NCBI GenBank assembly: GCA_002269645.1
Contig: NIVC01002209.1
Location: forward strand, 128,105-192,104
Length of the DNA stretch: 64,000 bases
Direction: 5' to 3'
DNA from: Macrostomum lignano
Lineage: Eukaryota
Shown: in pieces, positions 61,401 through 64,000 of the stretch
Position numbering within the stretch: the stretch's first letter is position 1
How the letters are laid out: each line of letters opens with the position of its first letter
Made by a program: the position numbers and the translations under genes
Notes under the pieces: generated by a model
The model's database searches: none
The model's input: only the letters and a program-made list of their open reading frames with translations
What the model was told of the DNA's origin: nothing

Positions 61401-63057
61401 GGCTTCTGAATTGTTTGGGTGCATTCCAACCCACAGAATATACCGCGATGTACACCATGTTTTTTAGTGGATGTCTTGGATGTCAGCTGGTTATGGAGAT
61501 GATGTCACCGAAGGGCCGATATAGCTTGAGATCACACTTAGGCTGAAGTCAATTTAGCAGCACAAATAAGCGCTTCGTTCTTTGATTAACTTCGCAATTC
61601 TGTAGATTTACGGAATGCCCTATGCATTTTAGCTTTTTATGAAGCCATATGTTGGAGACGGACCAACGCGTTAATCTGATGTGCCAGCGGCCCAGGCTCG
61701 ATTCCAAGTGCAGTCACATTAATTTGTGGCTAAATTGGAATTTCGGCTTGGCTCCTGCAATTGACACCCTCGAGGGCCAACAGTGAGGTGTGCATGCCTA
61801 GCTATAGCGATAAATACAGTCAGGGCCGCTGTAAACTCCTGTGTGAGTGTGTGCCTGTGCGTATGACTGCGTACGTATCCTTGCGCTTGGTGCCTGCTCA
61901 GGGGAGTCGGCGGAACGGGCAGCAATGCCTGTCGACAGTTGCGTGACAATGTCGTTTAAAGTGGAAAATTTTCACCCTCGCTTTCAAAGCCATCGAGAAG
62001 AGTTTTCGTTTGCTGTGCGTCAGGAACTCCAGCTATCAACGCCCCGAGACGACTGCAGTCTCGCCACGGCCGTCTGGACTCTGCGACGATGGCCGCAGAC
62101 GCTGGGCGAGTCGCGCGAACTCATGCAGCTGGTGACAGCCGTTGAAGGCGAGACTTCCTGCGCCTCGAACCCGGCCGGTGGTAAAAATTCGCCAATTATT
62201 GTAGTTGACGGGTGAGTCTTATCGGTCAGCCTAGACTCAGTTTTTATATAAGCACCGTATTTGAGTACTGATATGCCAATAATTATTTCAGTTTTGGTGG
62301 CAGCTATGCCGGCATATTCTGCTGTCTTTGCACTCTTCATCACCAGCTGCTGCACGAGGACTGCGTCGATGCTTACTCGTTGTTTAAAATCTACCACAGC
62401 TTGAGACCTGGAATCTTTTACTCACAGGTAGGCGTCTCGAAAACTCACATAATATTTGTTATTTGAGGTGCTACCAACTGACAAGATGTAACATCCTCTC
62501 ATAAGTAAAATCTAGTTAAGTAATATCAAAGTAACGTCTCAATAGCATCTTTCTAACAATTACGGCGCATCTCCATTTCGGCTAGGTAACTTTTACGTAA
62601 GTACGTATTATACGTATTACATATTAACTACAAGCTTTAAAGAGCACCTAGAGGTCTTAGTATCTCTGAAGGATTGATTTAACAACATACAGTACACGTA
62701 TAAGTAAAAAAATCTAGCTAAATAACGTCACTTATCTCTCAAATTAAGGCCGATCTTCAGTTCATCTACGAGGTGATTGAGTACCACGCCAGACTATTGA
62801 CGGCGGCCAGAACTTTGGCGAGGTCAACGGCTTTGTCAGCATCGTTGGCTACGTCGGGCCATTCGCGGCGGCAGCAGCAGCAGAGAAGGCGGTCGCCGGG
62901 TCGGCAGTGGTCTCTGACAAGGCTGAGACAAGCGCTGGGCTCGACTGCGTCCTCGGCGACGCTATCGGCTCCTCCTGGAGAGTCCAGCGCCGCGACGCCT
63001 CTGGTTGGCCTGGCGAGCGGCTCGACTGGAGCCGGCGGCTGCGGGGTTCTGCCTTGA
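49500..63057 (+). CDS. Receptor protein tyrosine phosphatase (Ig + several FN3 + TM + D1/D2), R5 subtype-like (PTPRG/PTPRZ1/Ptp99A)
   Basis: Supported exons: 50913-51333, 53133 (or 53166)-53825, 54278-54921, 55998 (or 56001)-56460, 56647-56988, 57980-58059, 58144-58278, 58649-58965, 59757-60039, 60787-60978, 61211-61395, 61990-62211, 62292-62427, 62749-63057, all phase-consistent (4422 nt). The first exon 49500-49586 is tentative. D1: DYINAS, WPDCGVP, VHCSAGTGRTG, VQT.QQY. D2: EFIVTQHP and VVDGFGGSYAG (Cys to Asp). Confidence 0.9.
49917..50638. repeat. 23-bp minisatellite (caggtgtcactggcactgaattg), about 31 copies
   Basis: Highly homogeneous tandem array with no unique spacers. Confidence 0.97.
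51340..51475. repeat. G-rich degenerate repeat (gggtgtgggaaat) directly after the Ig-exon donor
   Basis: Multiple GGG runs; G-quadruplex-capable by composition. Confidence 0.75.
51843..52203 (+). mobile_element. tRNA-derived SINE, apparently full length (tRNA-Gln(CTG)-like head, core, A tail)
   Basis: A-box-like TAGTGGTCTAGC (51849-51860), anticodon-like arm GGCGC-TCTGAT-GTGCC, B-box GGCTCGATTCC (51888-51898), A7 tail; further copies in the window. Confidence 0.88.
52797..53048 (+). mobile_element. Related SINE family: same core, different 3' tail
   Basis: gaggcc...caaggcacag...gtgtgcatgcc...ggccgccgtaaactctgtgagtg...ggaacgggca..tgcctct matches the core of the 51843 copy. It then diverges and ends in an A7 run. 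Confidence 0.65.
57137..57739. repeat. 20-bp minisatellite (gtctcttggtaggcgctcct), about 30 copies, in a PTP intron
   Basis: Tandem units with recurring variant blocks. Confidence 0.96.
59030..59170 (+). mobile_element. Diverged SINE core fragment
   Basis: gagggtcaaccc...gtgttcatgcctgac...aaagtcagg..gctgtacaccctgtgtgag...gcagaatgggca matches the shared core. Confidence 0.6.
61675..61963 (+). mobile_element. tRNA-derived SINE copy (B-box retained, both ends clipped)
   Basis: Aligns to 51869-52166; ends about 26 nt before the acceptor at 61989. Confidence 0.9.
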
Positions 63058-64000
63058 TTGAGTCTGTGCTCAATCAGCCTGAATGATTTTTTCGAATACA
63101 TAAGTTTTGTGCCTTGTAAAACCGCCGCGCACCAAACACAATTACGAGAAAAGTACAAAAGTTTTACGCAAAACAACAGAAAAATCTTCTCGCTACTGAG
63201 CATGATGAATAAAATTAATTTAGTAACCATTAACTAAATTAACGATGGCTTGAGCAAAACCTGAGCAAGCTTGTAACGTTCTACTGTATCCCCACGATTG
63301 ACTCACAAATCATCGGATCAGCAAGATGTGATTTGTTAAAACTAATTGCACCGATCTTTGTTTCAATTGTTGCGAACTTATAATTTATAGTTACCATCTA
63401 CCAAATACCCACTGCTAAAAAATTCAACTAATGTAGCTCGTATTTTGCTCTTTTTGTTTTGCTTTTTTTCTTGTGAAATTGCTATACACACTGCGCTCTT
63501 GCTTAGCTGCTGTGCCATCTTGACTTGCTCTAGACAGAGTGGCATATTCCGGCCACTTCAATGCTATATTTAGAGTGCAAAGCTACCGAGATCTTCACTG
63601 ATCACCTTTGTAAGCTCTGTGAGTTGAACTATTGTATATGACTTGTGGTATTCACTCCGCCATCGATAGACAGATGGCCTTTGGATCAAGTTGACAAAAA
63701 TGTACAGTTCTAGAATTTCAATGATGAATTTGTCGGTTTTAAGCTGCTAGATACTAATAGTAGCCAAGTGGAATTCGAATTCATATGTTTAATTATCCAA
63801 AAGTTTGGTCTGCTCGATCGTATGTAATTGATTGTTGAAGGTGGTGTTCGATAAGTTCTGAATGCCATTCATGGCTCATTCGATTTCCCCTTGGCTTAGC
63901 TTTCAGTCCAGGTGGGAAGTACAGTACGAGTCTGATCTTTGCCGCTTTTTGCTCAACCTCAAGTTGCAGGTTGTGTGGCCGGGGGTGAAATGTTGTGAGG

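Noticed and set aside
63793-63999. Open minus-strand frame running off the window end (LTTFHPRPHNLQ...DQTFG*)
   Set aside because: 68 codons with no recognisable motif or splice evidence; cannot be supported.

Overview
Eukaryotic (animal) genomic DNA with spliceosomal introns. The GC-rich exons, minisatellite-filled introns and hnRNP sequence features resemble a free-living flatworm such as Macrostomum; this is an inference and was not verified. Six genes can be built with phase-consistent splice sites. On the minus strand: exon 1 of an AGPAT1/2-like acyltransferase, EEIG1/FAM102 (NT-C2), a NEK6/7 kinase, a DAZAP1/Hrp48-type two-RRM hnRNP, and a C-type-lectin/mucin-stalk membrane protein. On the plus strand: an Ig+FN3 receptor tyrosine phosphatase with an R5-type (PTPRG/Ptp99A) dead D2 domain. 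Mobile DNA comprises a complete but decayed Merlin (IS1595-like) transposon with TIRs and an 8-bp TSD, a 1.36-kb P/hAT-like TIR element, two or three MITEs (one with its empty site visible in a paralogous repeat), a decayed near-full-length RTE LINE, a probable solo LTR, and six copies of tRNA-headed SINEs sharing a central core. Many introns carry their own minisatellite. The most interesting signals are sharply bounded CpG-erased domains over the 5' gene bodies of the four housekeeping-type genes, a SINE superfamily with a shared core and different tails, and a candidate hairpin-gated poison exon in the hnRNP gene. There are no CRISPR, rRNA or true tRNA genes. All counts were made by eye and no database searches were run.
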